Counted from the first letter of the whole stretch, positions 24,471 to 39,000 are shown. The stretch: 53,929 bases of DNA, filler included, from Jimgerdemannia flammicorona (GCA_003990765.1; 3 parts of 3 records of this genome joined end to end with filler, not necessarily neighbours in it), one strand, 5' to 3'. Numbers and translations are program-made. Notes: generated from the sequence alone by a model not told the origin.

Positions 24471-25149
24471 GCTGTGTGTTTACTTTCTCCGGGCTTTACG
24501 TGCCACATCTCTTGAGAAGTCGCGTTGGTGAGATTGATTGTACGATGGACCTCACGAAAGAATGCTGCCTTGAAGTGCCCTCGCTTCCACGCCAATTCCC
24601 ATTCGAATGGTCGCTATGCTATGAACAGAAGACGGCCGAAGAGTTTAAATTTCTCAAAGCAACGGATCATATATATACAACGCGAACTGGTGTAAGACTG
24701 TAAAATAAAATTGTGTAATGTATAATCCCCCCCACCGTCATCAGTACATTTTTGCGATGTGCCGGTAAAGAACGATACGAACAGCAAGCCATCATGCATG
24801 CCCTTTCGCCACGACAACTTGACAGCTCCCTTCCATTTCTCATCGTTTTCCAACACGATGAAGCGCTAAAATCGGCTAGTGAGAGAGAATGGTAGCACGT
24901 GGTTTCGTCCTTGTTCAAGAGGCTCGCCAGGTGGCTCATGAACAACCAAAACGACGGCTTGTATCTATATCAGTATAAAAGAGAGAGAGGCTGGTCAAGG
25001 CTATATATTCGCAAGCAGGCAAGAAAAGGTTTGAACTTGAACTATTTCATCGAAATTTTCCAAAATATGAGATTTTCTATGATTAAAACCGGAAGCCAGA
25101 GATATTAAATTACAATAGATCATTCACAACGCCCGACCTAATTTACACA

Positions 25150-26276
25150 CTATCTTACAGGCCACTTCCTACTCGACACCTTCCTCCCATAAACGCAATA
25201 CCCTTTGTTCCATGTTTTGTTCGCCTTGAAATTAGCGAATGCCGCCTTCGTCAGGTCTACGCACTCTTCGTGGCTGATCTTGAGGACGGGCGCGACTAAC
25301 GGTGCCAGCGCCGTCCAGGTCATCAGGCCATTTCTTCCATGGAGTTCCCCGACGCGACCACCCCAGCCAAAAGGTATGCTGACGTAGTCACTTGAGATGT
25401 CTTCAAAGTTGTTGGCGGCCAATAGGTTCGGTATTTCTAGAACGTACCCGAGGTCGATACCTTGGGCCTCGGACAGTGAGACGACTGCGTAAAGGGCGGA
25501 GAAGTACACACGCAGAAAGAGAGAGAGAGGTGGTTATTTTTGCAATTATTTTTAAGTTATAAGTTTGCGTGAGCTTCCGCTTCTTACCGGCCTTGTAGAT
25601 TCTCATGTCTGGAGGAGACCGTTCAAACGAACTAGACGGCTCGAACGACTCCACCCACCCTCCCGGCTTCACCACCCGCGCCAACTCCCTAATGCCAGTT
25701 TCCCAATCTCTAGGCGTGAACGAGGCGAACATGCATCTCTGGAAGATGTAATCGAAGGTCTCGTCTTCGAACGGCAGACCCAGGACCGTGTTCGCTTTGA
25801 TGAAGGAGCAGTTCGACGGTATTTCGGCGGATTGCAGAACAACGTCGTTTATATCGATGCCGATGAAGGTGGAATTGGGGTAGTGACTGGCCATCTCTAC
25901 GGTCCACTCAGCCGTTGATCCGCAGCCGGCGTCTAGGACCACGATACCCTCTTGCAGTTGCTCTTCGACCGGTGCAATGTAGTTGCCATGCATGATGTGC
26001 CTGGGGCGAAGGGGTAATTGTAGATCATGGGTTAGGGGATGGGTGAACGACGCCTATAGCTCGAATGCATAGACGTGGATTCGCTACCAACACTGCCAGG
26101 TGAGCTCACCTAAGAATATAATGCTGGTTGAGGCGAATTTCTTCCTTTTCGTCGGTGGGAAGGAGGTAATCGCTATTTGTGTTGTACCTGCGACACTTGA
26201 TCACCTTGAATCCTTCGGGAATGTCGCTCATGGATAGGAATTCGAACGTACTGAGTATATTTGATTGATTCTCCAT
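25150..26276 (-). CDS. SAM-dependent methyltransferase (LaeA-like), 3 exons
   Basis: YLLPTDEKEEIRLNQHYILR / HIMHGNY...VLDAGCGS...FIGID...FDYIFQR...RVVKPGGWVE / ...GWGGRVG...YGRK; GT-AG introns at ~26000-26109 and ~25486-25588. Confidence 0.9.
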
Positions 26277-26828
26277 GGGAGTTGCGGGGAACCCTGGGAG
26301 GATTTTATTTAAGTGCGGAGCACCAACCTTTTCCAGAATCGGGGCGGAACTCGGGAAAATTGTGTGGCACACGCCACTAGTTGGATGACACACCACAATT
26401 GAAATCATACGAACTCAAACATGATAAGTACAGTAATTACATAAATCTGCACCTCTACTTCTTGTCGGTTCTTGACAGTTTTGTCCTGTGTGCGACAACA
26501 ATCTTGTCTATGCGCTTGCCCGTGGAGAGCGTGTCGCTGGACGGATGCGCCGAGCACGCCGCAGTCACATCGTTGTGAAACGTTGGAAGGTTGCACACTG
26601 AAAAGCCACATCTGATTATTCAGACGTTCGGGCTTGGGCAAAGACTTTTAATTGGTGTTGGTCATTTTGTTATTTTTAATTGCGGGATATGGGGATCAGA
26701 AGAGTTTCTTCTCTTCCGTGCTGTTCGCCGAAAGGCTGAAAGACGTTAAGTATCAGGTGAAATTGAGTGTCCGGATCTAGTTCGTCACGAGTTCGCTGTA
26801 TAATTACCCGAGCCTACTCTGTAACTAT

Positions 26829-26958
26829 GGACTGCACGAACAGAACTGCCCCGGACCTGGAGCGAACTTTCTCACCACGGACTGCACGAAACCAGAACTG
26901 CCCCAGAACTTTCCCACCACGGACTACTCGGACCAAAACTGCTCTGGATCAGAACTGC
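26829..26958 (+). repeat. Imperfect short tandem repeats at the edge of the gene island
   Basis: GGACTGCACGAA(AC)CAGAACTGCCCC x2 and GAACTTTCYCACCACGGACT x2. Confidence 0.7.
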
Positions 26959-27477
26959 ATTTTCCAATGAACTGGTACGCGTACTTCGCAAATATATTAC
27001 TTTATTAGATTACAATATATAATAAACAATAGAAAAAGCATATATAATGTTCAGAATAATGCCAGAAGGACAGAAAGAATGTTCGGACTGCATAAAAAAC
27101 ATATACATCAAAGGAATTATATGTGAGTGGGGAACAGACATATAGATTGCATTGGGTTTACAAAGTGAGATTATTCTTCATCAGCTTCCTTCAACCCAAT
27201 TATACTTACATCTCTCTCAATGGTCAACAAGTCAATGTGTACCTTTGTTTTCTCAATTATGCTGACCAACTTCATTGTAATAGTTCTAGTTTCTTTATGA
27301 GAAAGCAGTTAAGTTCTGGAATGTTGTGAATATTTGGTGGAAATTATAGCTGTTAACTAGACTCACTATCTTGAGTTATTTAGAGCTTATAACCTTATAG
27401 TGATAAACAGAAGAAGTAGTTTATTTAAATTATATAAGTTATATATTTTATATATTACTAATAAATGATGTAAATGA

Positions 27478-28640
27478 GACACTCTTTCTCTGCTATCTTA
27501 CTGGTTATAAGGTTTGGTAGACAATCTTCTGAGTCTACTTTCTATAACTTTTATCCTCTTTACTTTAGGTTAGTTTGCTATACCTATTGTAAAGTAGTGA
27601 GAGAGAGACAATGATGATAAGTTGTCTCTTTATCAGTATTAGATTGATATCTTCTTTACTTTTTTACAGTTACTGGTATCTTTAGCTATATCTAGAGTAT
27701 TTTTATTTTGCTATTAACAATAAGATATTGTCTGATATATCATAGACTATATATAAAGTTAGCTAACCTTGGGTATTAAGTACTAGTATAGGTTATCTAT
27801 AGGTCTCTAGTATCTATAGTGGGGCCTTCTGAGCTTTGATAAGCTTCTTAGTAAGCATAGTTCTGATATAGATAACTACTTTTGGGAGAAGTTAGAATGA
27901 GAAAAAAGATAGCTATTATATATAGATAGAAAGATAAGTAATTATAATAGACCAGTAGGGTATTAGACTAGGGGTAGTCATCAGAGCTGGAGTGAATATT
28001 ATATTAGTGGGGTCTTCTGATTAATATAGAGTAATTAGATAGTAGGTATTACTCTTAGCTACTTTTGGTAATTTATAGAGTTGAGCTCTGATAATTGAAG
28101 ATGGTCAGAGGGTCTGAGGCTATCTAGATTAGGTATCTTGGCTATACTTAACTAAAACTAAGAGCTGATATAGCAATATAATTGAGGCCTGCAAGCTTAA
28201 GTAATAGAGTATTGAAGGTCTCTTCCTGTCTTATATATAAGTTCTTTACTTATCTCATTAGGGAGAACCAGGTTCTATCCACTATTCTATACTTTGAGGA
28301 GAGTTTTTCTTTACCTATTACTCTCTTTAGGATAGTGAAGACTATGTAAATTGGCTCAGATATGATCTTGTATATATATTAGAGTTTCAGATATATACTT
28401 AAAAGTATATATTTATTACTCTCTGGTAGTAGAAAGAGTATAATATTCAGAATGAGATACAGGTAACTTTGCCTTACTATATCTGATATAGTTAAATTGC
28501 TGAACAATAGCTAGTCTAGGTTTAATAGAGATATAGTGCTTAGTGAGTAGTAAAGGAGAATTTTGGCCTATATAGTCTAAATTCTCTTTTAATAAAATCT
28601 GTAGAACTTCAGGTCTATTAAAAAAAATAATAATAATAAT
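27478..28640 (+). mobile_element. ~1.2 kb poly(A) retroposon, copy 2 (more decayed)
   Basis: Homologous to 1122-2339 from the same 5' end to AATAAA...(A)n. Flanks AATGATGTAAA / AATAATATAAA differ by G/A only. Confidence 0.75.
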
Positions 28641-28926
28641 AATATAAAACTGATAGAATAGTATGTAGTATAAAGTTATGTACCTATATATTGAGTTACT
28701 ATCTTAATACTTCTACTCAATAAGATATGTAAACTTTAATATATATATATATATATATAAACTAGAATAAAAAAAAAAAATACAAACTAGAATAAAAAAG
28801 CAATATATAATATATATAAAAAACTAGAACTATATAACTTAAATATAACTATAAAATTTTATATCTAAGGAATTTTTATAGATTGAAAAGTATTCTATTA
28901 TAATATCTATATAACTTACTTATCAG

Positions 28927-29454
28927 TAGTACTCTGAACAAGTCAATCCAGATGGGATTTAAATCTCATCTGGATGGATTCAGATCAATGATTGTTTTGA
29001 TTTCCAAATTAGACAATTTAATATTTATATCAAAATTTAATAATCTTGATATCATTTGAAAGCCCTTAATATGGTCTTTCTAATAATACTAAGAATATTA
29101 AAATCAGATTATACATTACTGAGATATTAAGGAAAATGTTCTATTTGATGAAATTTCCAAAATTAGTAAATTGAATAATTTTCCAAATTGGCTATTCAGA
29201 TATTTTCCTTAATAACTTAGCAATGCATAATCTGATTTCAATGTTCTTAGTATCATTAGAAAGACCTTATTAAGAGCTTTCAAATGACATCAATATCATC
29301 AAATTTGGATAATTATTTATCAAGTTATTGATATAAACATTTAATTGTCTAATTTGAAAATCAAAACAATTATTGATTCAAATCCATCTAGATAGGATTC
29401 AATCAGAATCAATCTGAATCCAATCCAGATTAAATTGACTCATTAGGAGCACTA
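28927..29454. mobile_element. hAT-type MITE
   Basis: Termini TAGTACTC...GAGCACTA, long imperfect inverted arms, 8-bp TSD CTTATCAG (28919-28926) / CTTATTAG (29455-29462). Confidence 0.8.
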
Positions 29455-30119
29455 CTTATTAGTAAGAGATATTATCAATATATATAAATAAAGAGATAAT
29501 ATAAATATTCTATAATGTTCAAAATGAGTCTTTACTTATCACATTGATCTTTATATTTATTATAAAGAGACATTCTAGTTATATAATATTATTTTCTAAT
29601 TATAGACTAGTTAGTATCACAAAAGGCAGATGTTATAAATATTATTAGTTATAGATATTAATACTTTTACTTAATCATTATTGCTATACTATCTTATATA
29701 TTACTTATATTAATTATTTTTGCTATATTTCTTTTATTTTTTTTGTAGCATTCATATTTATTTTTTGGTAGTTAAAAATCATTATTATCTAATATTAAAT
29801 TTTTTGCATCTTAATAATATGTATGTGGCTTATATATAGCTTATATCTCTTTGACTATTTTGCACCTATTTAGAGGCAAGATTTTAAAAGTTTATAACTT
29901 TTAAAATCATAATAGCTTTTTAAAAAAAAATTTACTAATAATTTTTTATATAATAATTCTACCTTTGGTAAAAATTTTACAAATTTTTTTTTTTTTTTTT
30001 TTTAAACAAATTGAGATATATTTTTAACAGAAAAACAATGTTTCAAAAAATCATTTTTTCAAACTTTAATTTATCTGCTAAATGATTTTAAAAGACGATC
30101 TTATCTACAGATAAAGGGA

Positions 30120-32185
30120 TATGTATAATTATATCACTTATAATTATAATATATAAAAATACAAACAACTTAAATTAATAAACAATACTCTTCTTTGCTT
30201 TACTCTATATTTATAATAAAGGTTATAAGTCCTAATTAGTAGCTAAAAAATATCTCTCTAAAACTATATATAAGATTATATATTATTCTATATCAAGATG
30301 TTAGAAAATACATATAAACATAAGAGTAGCAAGTTTAAATAATATATTGAATATAAATACTACCATAGATATAGATATCTGGAATAGATATAACAATGAT
30401 CACAGTCTCTATAATAAGTATAAATATAGTCAAAAGGATAATTCTGATCTTTAATAGTAAGAATTATATAATTAGGTATATATTATATAAATAATCTTCT
30501 AAAAGAATATAGTTTAACAGATTATACTAAGTCATAAATATATATAAATAAATAACTATAATATAGTAAAAGATTATAAGATATTAATAGAGATTATATT
30601 TATATTTTCAAATTTTCAAATGAAATATATGATTAATATATCTATAGTAAATAAAATATAAGAGATTTTTTATAATTATTATCAGCAAGTATCTATATTT
30701 AATAGATTCTATATATCTAAAAATACAATTATTCAATTTCTAAATAAAGCTTAAGAAGATGATTTCTGAATATATTAACTATATAGACAATTTTGTAAAT
30801 TAGATAAATTCTCTAAGTATATCAGATAAGAGACTTTCTAAAATATATAATATCATTATAATAGTAATGAGAGAGAGTGATAAATTATCAGATTATCAGT
30901 ATATAATTATAAGTCTTATTAATGAAGAGATATATTAAAGAAATAATAATAATGATAATAATGAGAAAGTCTTTTATAAGTTATATAAATAAAGTAAAAA
31001 GAGTAAATCAAAAGATCAAAAGTATGATTAAGCTAAGTTCAATAGTAATTATCATTACTATAGTAAGTATAGATATTATATAAAAAAGTATTATTATAAA
31101 AAAAAAAACAAAAGAGAAAATAAGAGTAAGAGGAAATATAATAGTAAAGAAAAATATATAAACTATATAGCTGAGACTAATAATAGCCAAAGTAGTATAT
31201 TTTATATATAAATAATATATATAGAAGATCTGAGAAATATATCTATATTTATATCTAAGTTATATACTTTTAGGCTAGCAAAAAGAGATAATATTAATAA
31301 TATAAGTAATATAAATAAAGAATATACTAATATAACTAATAATAATAAAGTATAACTTATAGGCTCAGATACTATATAATATATAATAGCTTATTAGAAA
31401 TAAATCTCTATATAAGAATAGTTTAAGTATCTTATATCTATTAAGTTAGGAGATAATAATATTATCTATACTCAGAGTAAAGAGAATATCAGTATATATC
31501 TCTATAGAAATATTATAGTATCTGCTGGTACTTTTCTAGATATATTATATACTCTAAAGATATATAGATAAGAATCTCTTCTCAATAGGCAAAATAATAG
31601 TCTATAGTAATAAAGAGATATATATACTCAAAGAGAGTAATGGTATACAATTTGAAAAATAATAAAAAGATTATAATAATGTTATAATATATATAATAAT
31701 CTTTAAATAATTAATAATATACTGAATAAAAATAATATAATAGTCTTAATATATAATAATAGCTACTTCAAATATATCTAATATATATAGTATCAATATT
31801 TGAGATATATTGATATAATAAGTCTCAAATAGAAGATCAGAAGTAGATTAGTGAATAAATTACTGATAATATATATATATAATAGCTTCTGTAATGATTG
31901 TATAAAGAATAAAACATCTTAGTATATATTTATTTAAAAAATAATTGAAGTATATCTATAATTTTCAATCTTATCTATACTGATATATAGACTAATATAC
32001 GTATATCCTATCATATTCTGATAAGAGATATTTCTTATATTTATCAATAATTATATATATATAATATATATCTCTTTTATCTATAAAAATTAAAGCTTTA
32101 GAGAAGTTTAAAGAATTCAAAACAGTTACTAAGAATGAAACTGGATGAAAAATATACTATATACTCAAATAATAACTAGAAGTAT
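30120..32185 (+). mobile_element. Heavily decayed Ty1/copia 5' half
   Basis: GGTTATAAGTCC at 30221 resembles the copia-type PBS GGTTATGGGCCC. IKLGDNNIIY (~31441), FCNDCIKNK, LIYTDI and LEKFKEFK give protease-then-integrase order. Cut by an LTR at 32186. Start approximate. Confidence 0.75.
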
Positions 32186-35100
32186 TGTAAGCACACAACC
32201 TCTAAGCCACTGAAATCATATGTCACCCTCTGAATAAGCCACTGAAATCACACGTGACCTCTGAACAAATCTGGAAATTACCTGCTTGATCACAAAGCTA
32301 AGTCAACATAAAGTTACAGAACACAAGATTTACACAAATGGAATCTTACTAATTAGAACTAAATGTATATATACCAAGTACTGAGATACGTCGAAATAGA
32401 GAACTAAAACAAACAACAACCATAACTTCCAAACATACAGACATGACCACCAAGATCTACAATCATATCTGCGCTGATATTTGGAATGCTAAGCCTCTGT
32501 AGCCAAGTGGCTCAACTCTACTGACTTTTACTGCACCAGAACCAAGACTGCATTATACTACTGATTCCAGAACAACAAGGCCCACCATATCCTTAAAGAA
32601 GAAGCAAGAGAAACCCTTCATCAACTACCTGACTCTGAACCTGAAGCAGGCTCTACTATAGTCCTACCTGAATCTGAAACCAATACTGAATCTGAACTTG
32701 ACTTTGAATTAAGTCTATCTGAAATCAGATATACAATTGATTCTGTCTACTTTGATGCCAAGCAAACTCAATTACATAGGGACCAAACTGAAGAAGAGGA
32801 GGAGTATCTCAGTTAATTCAATCCCAGATATACCACCGAAAGAGAAGTACCTCCATCAGGACAGAATATACCTACACAGCAACAAATAGTTATCTATCAA
32901 ACCCCCACTCCAGACCCACAACTACTACTCCAGCAACTTATATAGACCCAAAGAACCCTATCACACTCTGTACCAGTACCTCAAATAGTATCAGTAATAC
33001 TACTACCAGTAGTCTAACCACCTCCAGTAAACAATATGACAAACCAACAGATTCTAGACCTCACAGCTCAGATAGCAATAATGGCAGCAACCATTACTGC
33101 CTTAGTAGAACAGACCCAACCTACCAAAAATCTGAGCCTACCTACCTTCAATGGTACTGCACAAGAAGTCTAAAGCTTCATTAGTGTAGTTGACACCAAC
33201 TTTGAAGCCAATCAATGGACTAATGAGCGAGTTGCTGAATATGTTCTGATAAATAATTAAGACCACACTCTGGAACAACTCTTTGCTACTACTACAGCCT
33301 ATGTCTGCCGAGTTGTTACATTCTTCCAAGGACCTGCCAAAGAATGATGGCAAACCATTCCTAAAAAATCCTTCACATGGGATATCTGACCTGCAGTAGT
33401 TGCTCAAAATACAGCAAACAATGCCCCAGGATATGGAGTCCATCCTGCAGCCTCTGGACTCAAACAACTCATGATTGCTCAATACTACAGCAAAACCATA
33501 ATTGCTGAATCTCGAGTAAAACTCTGCAATCTCAAATTTGATGTATATGGCAAAGAAGAATTTGAAACCTTCTGTACAAAACTTGAGTTACTCCTGAACA
33601 CTATTGGCCTAGGATATATTGCCAATGATGAAGTATGAAATAGTACAAGAGCAGACCATTTATTCAATGCACTACCTGAATGCCTTACTAGAAAAATCTG
33701 AGAACAAGGCCACCCAGTTGGTTGTGATCACCAATAATAATACCTAGCAAGAATCAAGACTATGGTCAAGCAAATCCTAACAGCTGGACCAATTCTGCCC
33801 CGAAGGCAATTCAATAACAAGAAAAAGACTTGGACCAAGAAAGAAGAACCCAAGCATGAAGCATCCCGAGCTCCCTTTACACCCACCTCTTGGACACCCA
33901 GAAATCATGAATCCACTCAACCAAATACCTTCAAGAAACTCACTAAAGGTAAAAGGAACGAACTTCAAAGAAGTAGAGCATGCTTCTATTGCCAAAAGAC
34001 AGGACATATGGTCAGTGCCTACCCTAACTGAAAACCCTGAACAGCAACATAAGCAACTGTCACCACTCTGCACCACCTCAACAACCTAACTACCAGAATA
34101 CTGGACTTTGTCAAGTTAAGACAAACTGCTAAGGCCCCAACTAAAGAAAGTCAAAAAGCAGCTAGATATGACCTGTATGCAGCCAAAGAAGCTATAGTTT
34201 CTAACCGAGAAGTCAAACAAGTCTATACAGAAATCAGTATCCAAATCTCTGAAGGACATGTTGGAAAAATATGCTGTTACAGCAGCCTAGCATTGAAAGG
34301 ACTCTCAGTAGAAAGAGGAGTCATTGACGAAGATTACACAGATGAAATTATTATCCTCATCTGAAACCATAGTTGGACACCCTTCAAGATCCCTATAGGT
34401 TTCTGCATCACCCAGATACTATTGGAAAAGATTGAGTCAACCCTGACAGTCAAGGAAGTCCCTGAACTACTACCTACCATCTGAGGATCCAAAGGATTTG
34501 GCTCATCGAACAAGGCCCCAGCCCAACCTACCATGAGCAAAGAAGAACAATTCTACAAGAAGATTGAAGACAGATATGTACCAAGTGGCCAATGCCCTCA
34601 TGGCATTGGAATGTACTCTTTCCAAATAATTGATAATTACTTCTCTTATATTAATAAACTGGCTCAAAGAAGAACCAATAGAAGGAAAGCTCCTATAACC
34701 AAAATCACCACTATTGGATCAGACAAACTGCTCACACTTAAGGCTTTTGTCAACCGAGCACCTGTCAAGATTATGATAGACAGTGGTGCCTCAGGTAACT
34801 TCATCAGTGAAGAGACAGCCAACAGACTTAAGGTCTTCACCTCTCTGGTACAACAAACTCAAGCAGTTGCTACAGCTAATAGAACCTCACATGTTATTAG
34901 CAAAGAAGTCCACAATCTACCCTTCTGAATTGGTGACTACCAAGTACATATTACCCTCCAAATCATACCACTTCTTGACAACAAAATCATCCTTAGAACT
35001 CCATAGTTGAAATAAGAGAACCCTATGATTGATTGGGTAAACCATTCTCTGACCATCAAGAAAGGATGCTACAACTTCAAACTATAAGATGAAAAAGACC

Positions 35101-35923
35101 CACTCAGTTCTAGTAACTCTGGACCAAAGATCATCCACATTAATAAGCTACAACTTAAGAAATTGGCCAAGAAATGTCCTCTTTTTGCCATCTCTATCCA
35201 CTCATCCAAAGGAGAACCCAAGAACTCTGAAGAAGACTTTTCCAGAGTTGACAGCTATGTCAGACCACTACTTCAGAAATTCTGAGACATATTTCCAAAG
35301 AAGCTCCTGAAAGGCCTATCTCCTAAATGAGCAGTAGACCATGCCATCAAGACTATTCCAGATGCCAAACCAGCCTTCAGGTCAATCTACTACATATCTC
35401 TGAGAGAAATTGATGCACTCAAGAAAGAAATTGATGAACTCCTAGAACAAGGATTCATTAGACCCAGTGTATTACCCTATGGTATACTGGTCCTCTTTGT
35501 TGTCAAAAAAGAAGGAGACCTGTGAATGTGCATTGACTACCATGACCTCAATGAACAGATCATTAAGAACTATTGCCCACTACCTAGAATTGATGAAATA
35601 TTTGATAGACTCACCAACTCACAATTTATGAGCTCTTTTGACCTATGAAATGGCTATTGGCAAATTGCTATGAAAGAAGAAGACATCTACAAGACAGTCT
35701 TCTGAACTCACTATAGATACTTCAAGTTCCTGGTTATGCCCTTTGGCTTAACTAATGCTCCTGCAATCTTCCAGACTCTGATGAATACAATCCTATACCT
35801 ATATCTAGACAAATTCATTGTTGTCTACATTGATGACATCCTAGTCTTCAGCAAAACCCTGGAGGAACATCTTGAACACCTTGAACTAGTACTACTGAAA
35901 CTCTGAGAAAACCAACTCTTTGC
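32186..35923 (+). mobile_element. Ty3/gypsy element (family B): deleted 5' LTR, gag CCHC, dUTPase, CPHG module, protease, RT; truncated by gap
   Basis: 32186-32490 matches the LTR at 7276, then jumps into gag-like sequence. CFYCQKTGH (~33981), IMIDSGASGNFIS (~34770), [27 protein letters not shown] (~35823). Confidence 0.92.
34100..34510 (+). pseudogene. Retrotransposon-encoded dUTPase
   Basis: AARYDLYA, YSSLALKGL, GVIDEDYTDEI, ITQILL, *GSKGFGSS correspond to dUTPase motifs 1-5. Confidence 0.9.
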
Positions 35924-36023
35924 NNNNNNNNNNNNNNNNNNNNNNNNNNNNNNNNNNNNNNNNNNNNTTAATTAATTAANNNNNNNNNNNNNNNNNNNNN
36001 NNNNNNNNNNNNNNNNNNNNNNN
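35924..36023. other. Artificial contig linker
   Basis: N-run, TTAATTAATTAA, N-run. Confidence 0.95.
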
Positions 36024-39000
36024 TTTTTTATAGTCACTTAGACTCTGCCATTTATTACCAGTCTATTAATAAGTTTACAGTATCTCCTCCCACTACCCAA
36101 TCTCTATAGGGGAGTCTCTCTCCATATCATTATAAATAAAGACCACCTTCTTACCCACTACTCCAAACCCTCCCCCCACTCTGTCTACAGATTTTTCCTA
36201 CTAAGTAATACTCTATAACCTCCAACCAAGCTACTAGTCTGTCAAGGTATCTTCTATAAGGCTATGTCAATGTAACAATTAGTCCCTTAAGCCCAGTCTC
36301 CTTCTATTCTCAAAAACAAATAGCCAGTGACTGGCCAGCCCCACCTAAATTGCCAAAACCCAGCCTAAGGTAAGCCATTTCTTATCCACCCCCCACATCA
36401 GTCTATCTCTCAAATTCTCCCACTGACCCCATACACCATCTCTCCTACACACTACCCCCAAATGACCCCCAATATATAGCCTGCCAAAAGTCACTAAGTA
36501 CCTCACACTCTCCTAGCCAATGTTCTGGTATCTACATATATCCCTCTTTCTGCTCTACATTGTGGCACTCCTCACAGTCAAAGCAACCCCCCTTAATAAG
36601 GTGACCCAAGTGGAAGTTGAGCATTATATTCCTCCTCAGTATGTGCCATCAGACCACCTAGTACTTCAGCAGCATCTACCTTCTCACCTCAGCACTCCAG
36701 ACCCATACACTATACCAGTTCTACTCTTTTCTGATATCTACTCCCTGCTATCCACTAGGCTACAGATCCTGGCCTTGTCCCCTTTGGCAATCAATCCCAT
36801 TACTAATATTGAACTCAATTAAGAGAATGCCTCCTAGCAATACCTGATTTCATCTCTATATCACTGGGTCCCAAGCTATCTCCCCTTCATTATTCTGCTA
36901 ATGAATTCCAATGCAGTGCACTCTCTCTGCTACTCCCCACCAGAAGTCTTTGTATCACAATTGAGCAGTATTCTAAAGCCCAACCAATGATAGGAGATCT
37001 TCTGTTGAGCCTCTTGGTGAGGATCTCATCTCCCAGACCTTCTGCAATAGAGGGACCCAACTGCTCCCTCTCAACTCCACTACTCTCTTTAACCACCATG
37101 CTCTCAAGCAGTATAACCTCTTCAGAAAGTTGACCAGCCCAAGTCCTCCTCTTGCCACCAGTAAGGATAAGACCTCCCAATTGATCTGACTCCTTCTTCT
37201 AGCCCAGATCCACCCCTTGGCCAGCTTCATCAATTGCTTCACCACCCAGGCTAGGAAGTCCAGATGATAAGCCAGATACCACAACTTTGGCAGTCAATAG
37301 ATGTTCAAAATCAAGACATGCCCCACTAGAGACAAGTGGCAACCCCCCTAGCTCTACAGGGCCTCCCCCCAGATTCCAACCCTCTGCTCCCACCAAAGTC
37401 TAGATAAGACTGACTCATATATTGACAAATAAATACCCAAGTACTATACTATCTTGCCAGTAGGAATGATTGTTCTGATAACATCCCCTCCCACCAGGCT
37501 ATTGCCTAACACCATCATTTCACACTTATGCCAATTGAGTTTAGCCCCAGAGTTCTCCTCATACCACTCCACTATCTTCTTGAGCTCCTCAATATCAGCA
37601 ATTGATCTCAGACTAACTACTATATTATCTGCAAAGGCCCCAACTTTCCACCCAATTCCAAAGACAGAAAGCCCTACTACCTTTCACCTGATTCTGTCCA
37701 TTAGGGGTTCTAGAGAAAGAGTATACAGAATGGGAGATAGTGGGTCTCCCTAGAGCACACTTCTATCTAAGAGAAATAATACCCCTCTATATCTATTACA
37801 TATGAATACAGCCCTACTCTCTTCCAGTAGACTGATCATTGCTGACTGGAACTTATACAGTATCCCAGTCCTATCCAATACTTTCACCAGCCAGACTTAT
37901 CGCACCCAGTCATAAGCCTTCTCCTGGTTCAAGAAGACCAGTCACCCATTCAGTCCACAAGCTCACACTCCTTTAATAACTCCATATACCCAGGCTGTGC
38001 CATCCCTAATGAGTTGGTCTCCTATAAATCCCCTCTGCTCAATATCCAAGACTTGCTAGACCACCTTCTGTAGCCTTGTAACCACTATCTTAGTTACCAA
38101 CTTTCTGTCTATATCCAGCATAATCGGCCACCAGTTCTTCCAGTTCTCTCACCTTTCTTTGTTCTTGTAAAGCAATATCACCAGCCCCAGATCCTGCTCC
38201 TCCACCCATCTCCCTATCTGTAATATAAAATCACACAATGCCATCATCTTACCCAGTACTCCTGGGACTCCCACCATCTTCTTCCAGAAGTCCTAGGGCA
38301 GCCCATCCTCCCCAGGTGCCATACCCAGCATTATTATAGTAAGAATCTGATGGATCTCTTCCTCTTGTACTGGCAACACCAAGTTATCCAGCCCATCTAC
38401 TTGTGGAGAGTACCAATTCTCCAATGTCTAGTCAATGGCAGTAGTATCAGCCCCACCCTCCTTCTCACTCCACAATCTACTCCATTGCTCCTTTAATGAT
38501 CTAAGAATGTCTTATATACCATATACCAGTATACGATCAGAGTCAAGTACCCCCTCCCACCTTTGCTATACTCTTCTTACCTAAAAGGCCCTCATGAGAT
38601 ACTTAGAGGGCCTCTCCCCTTTCTCCAAACCCTGCCAATGAAGCCATGCCACCAAGCTCTGCACCCTTGCCTCCTCCTCTTCCCACAGCACCTATTGTAA
38701 TTCTCCAACCTCTATTTTCATCCTCATTAATCTCCAATTCTCTCCCCCCTCCAATGTTGCTAGCTCTGCCCAATCCTCCAAGAGTCTAGTCAGCCTAACA
38801 GAAGCCCATCTCACCCATCACCTCCTCTGCTTCCTAGCCTCCTTGCCAGCCTCACTCCAGTAGACCCTGGCCATCTCTTTCATCCTCATCTACCAAACAC
38901 CAACTGGGGCACCTTCCTGCCTCCAGCTCTCTACTCTCAGTTGAATGTCTTCAGCTTATTCATCCCACCAGATCCTATTATCTAATAAAGAGGAATTGAG

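Noticed and set aside
23288..24595. 435-aa minus-strand ORF
   Set aside because: Antisense shadow of the GC-rich CDC123-like gene; no recognisable motifs.
26829..26958. Repeats resembling a CRISPR array
   Set aside because: Only two to three degenerate units, no unique equal-length spacers, eukaryotic context, no cas genes.
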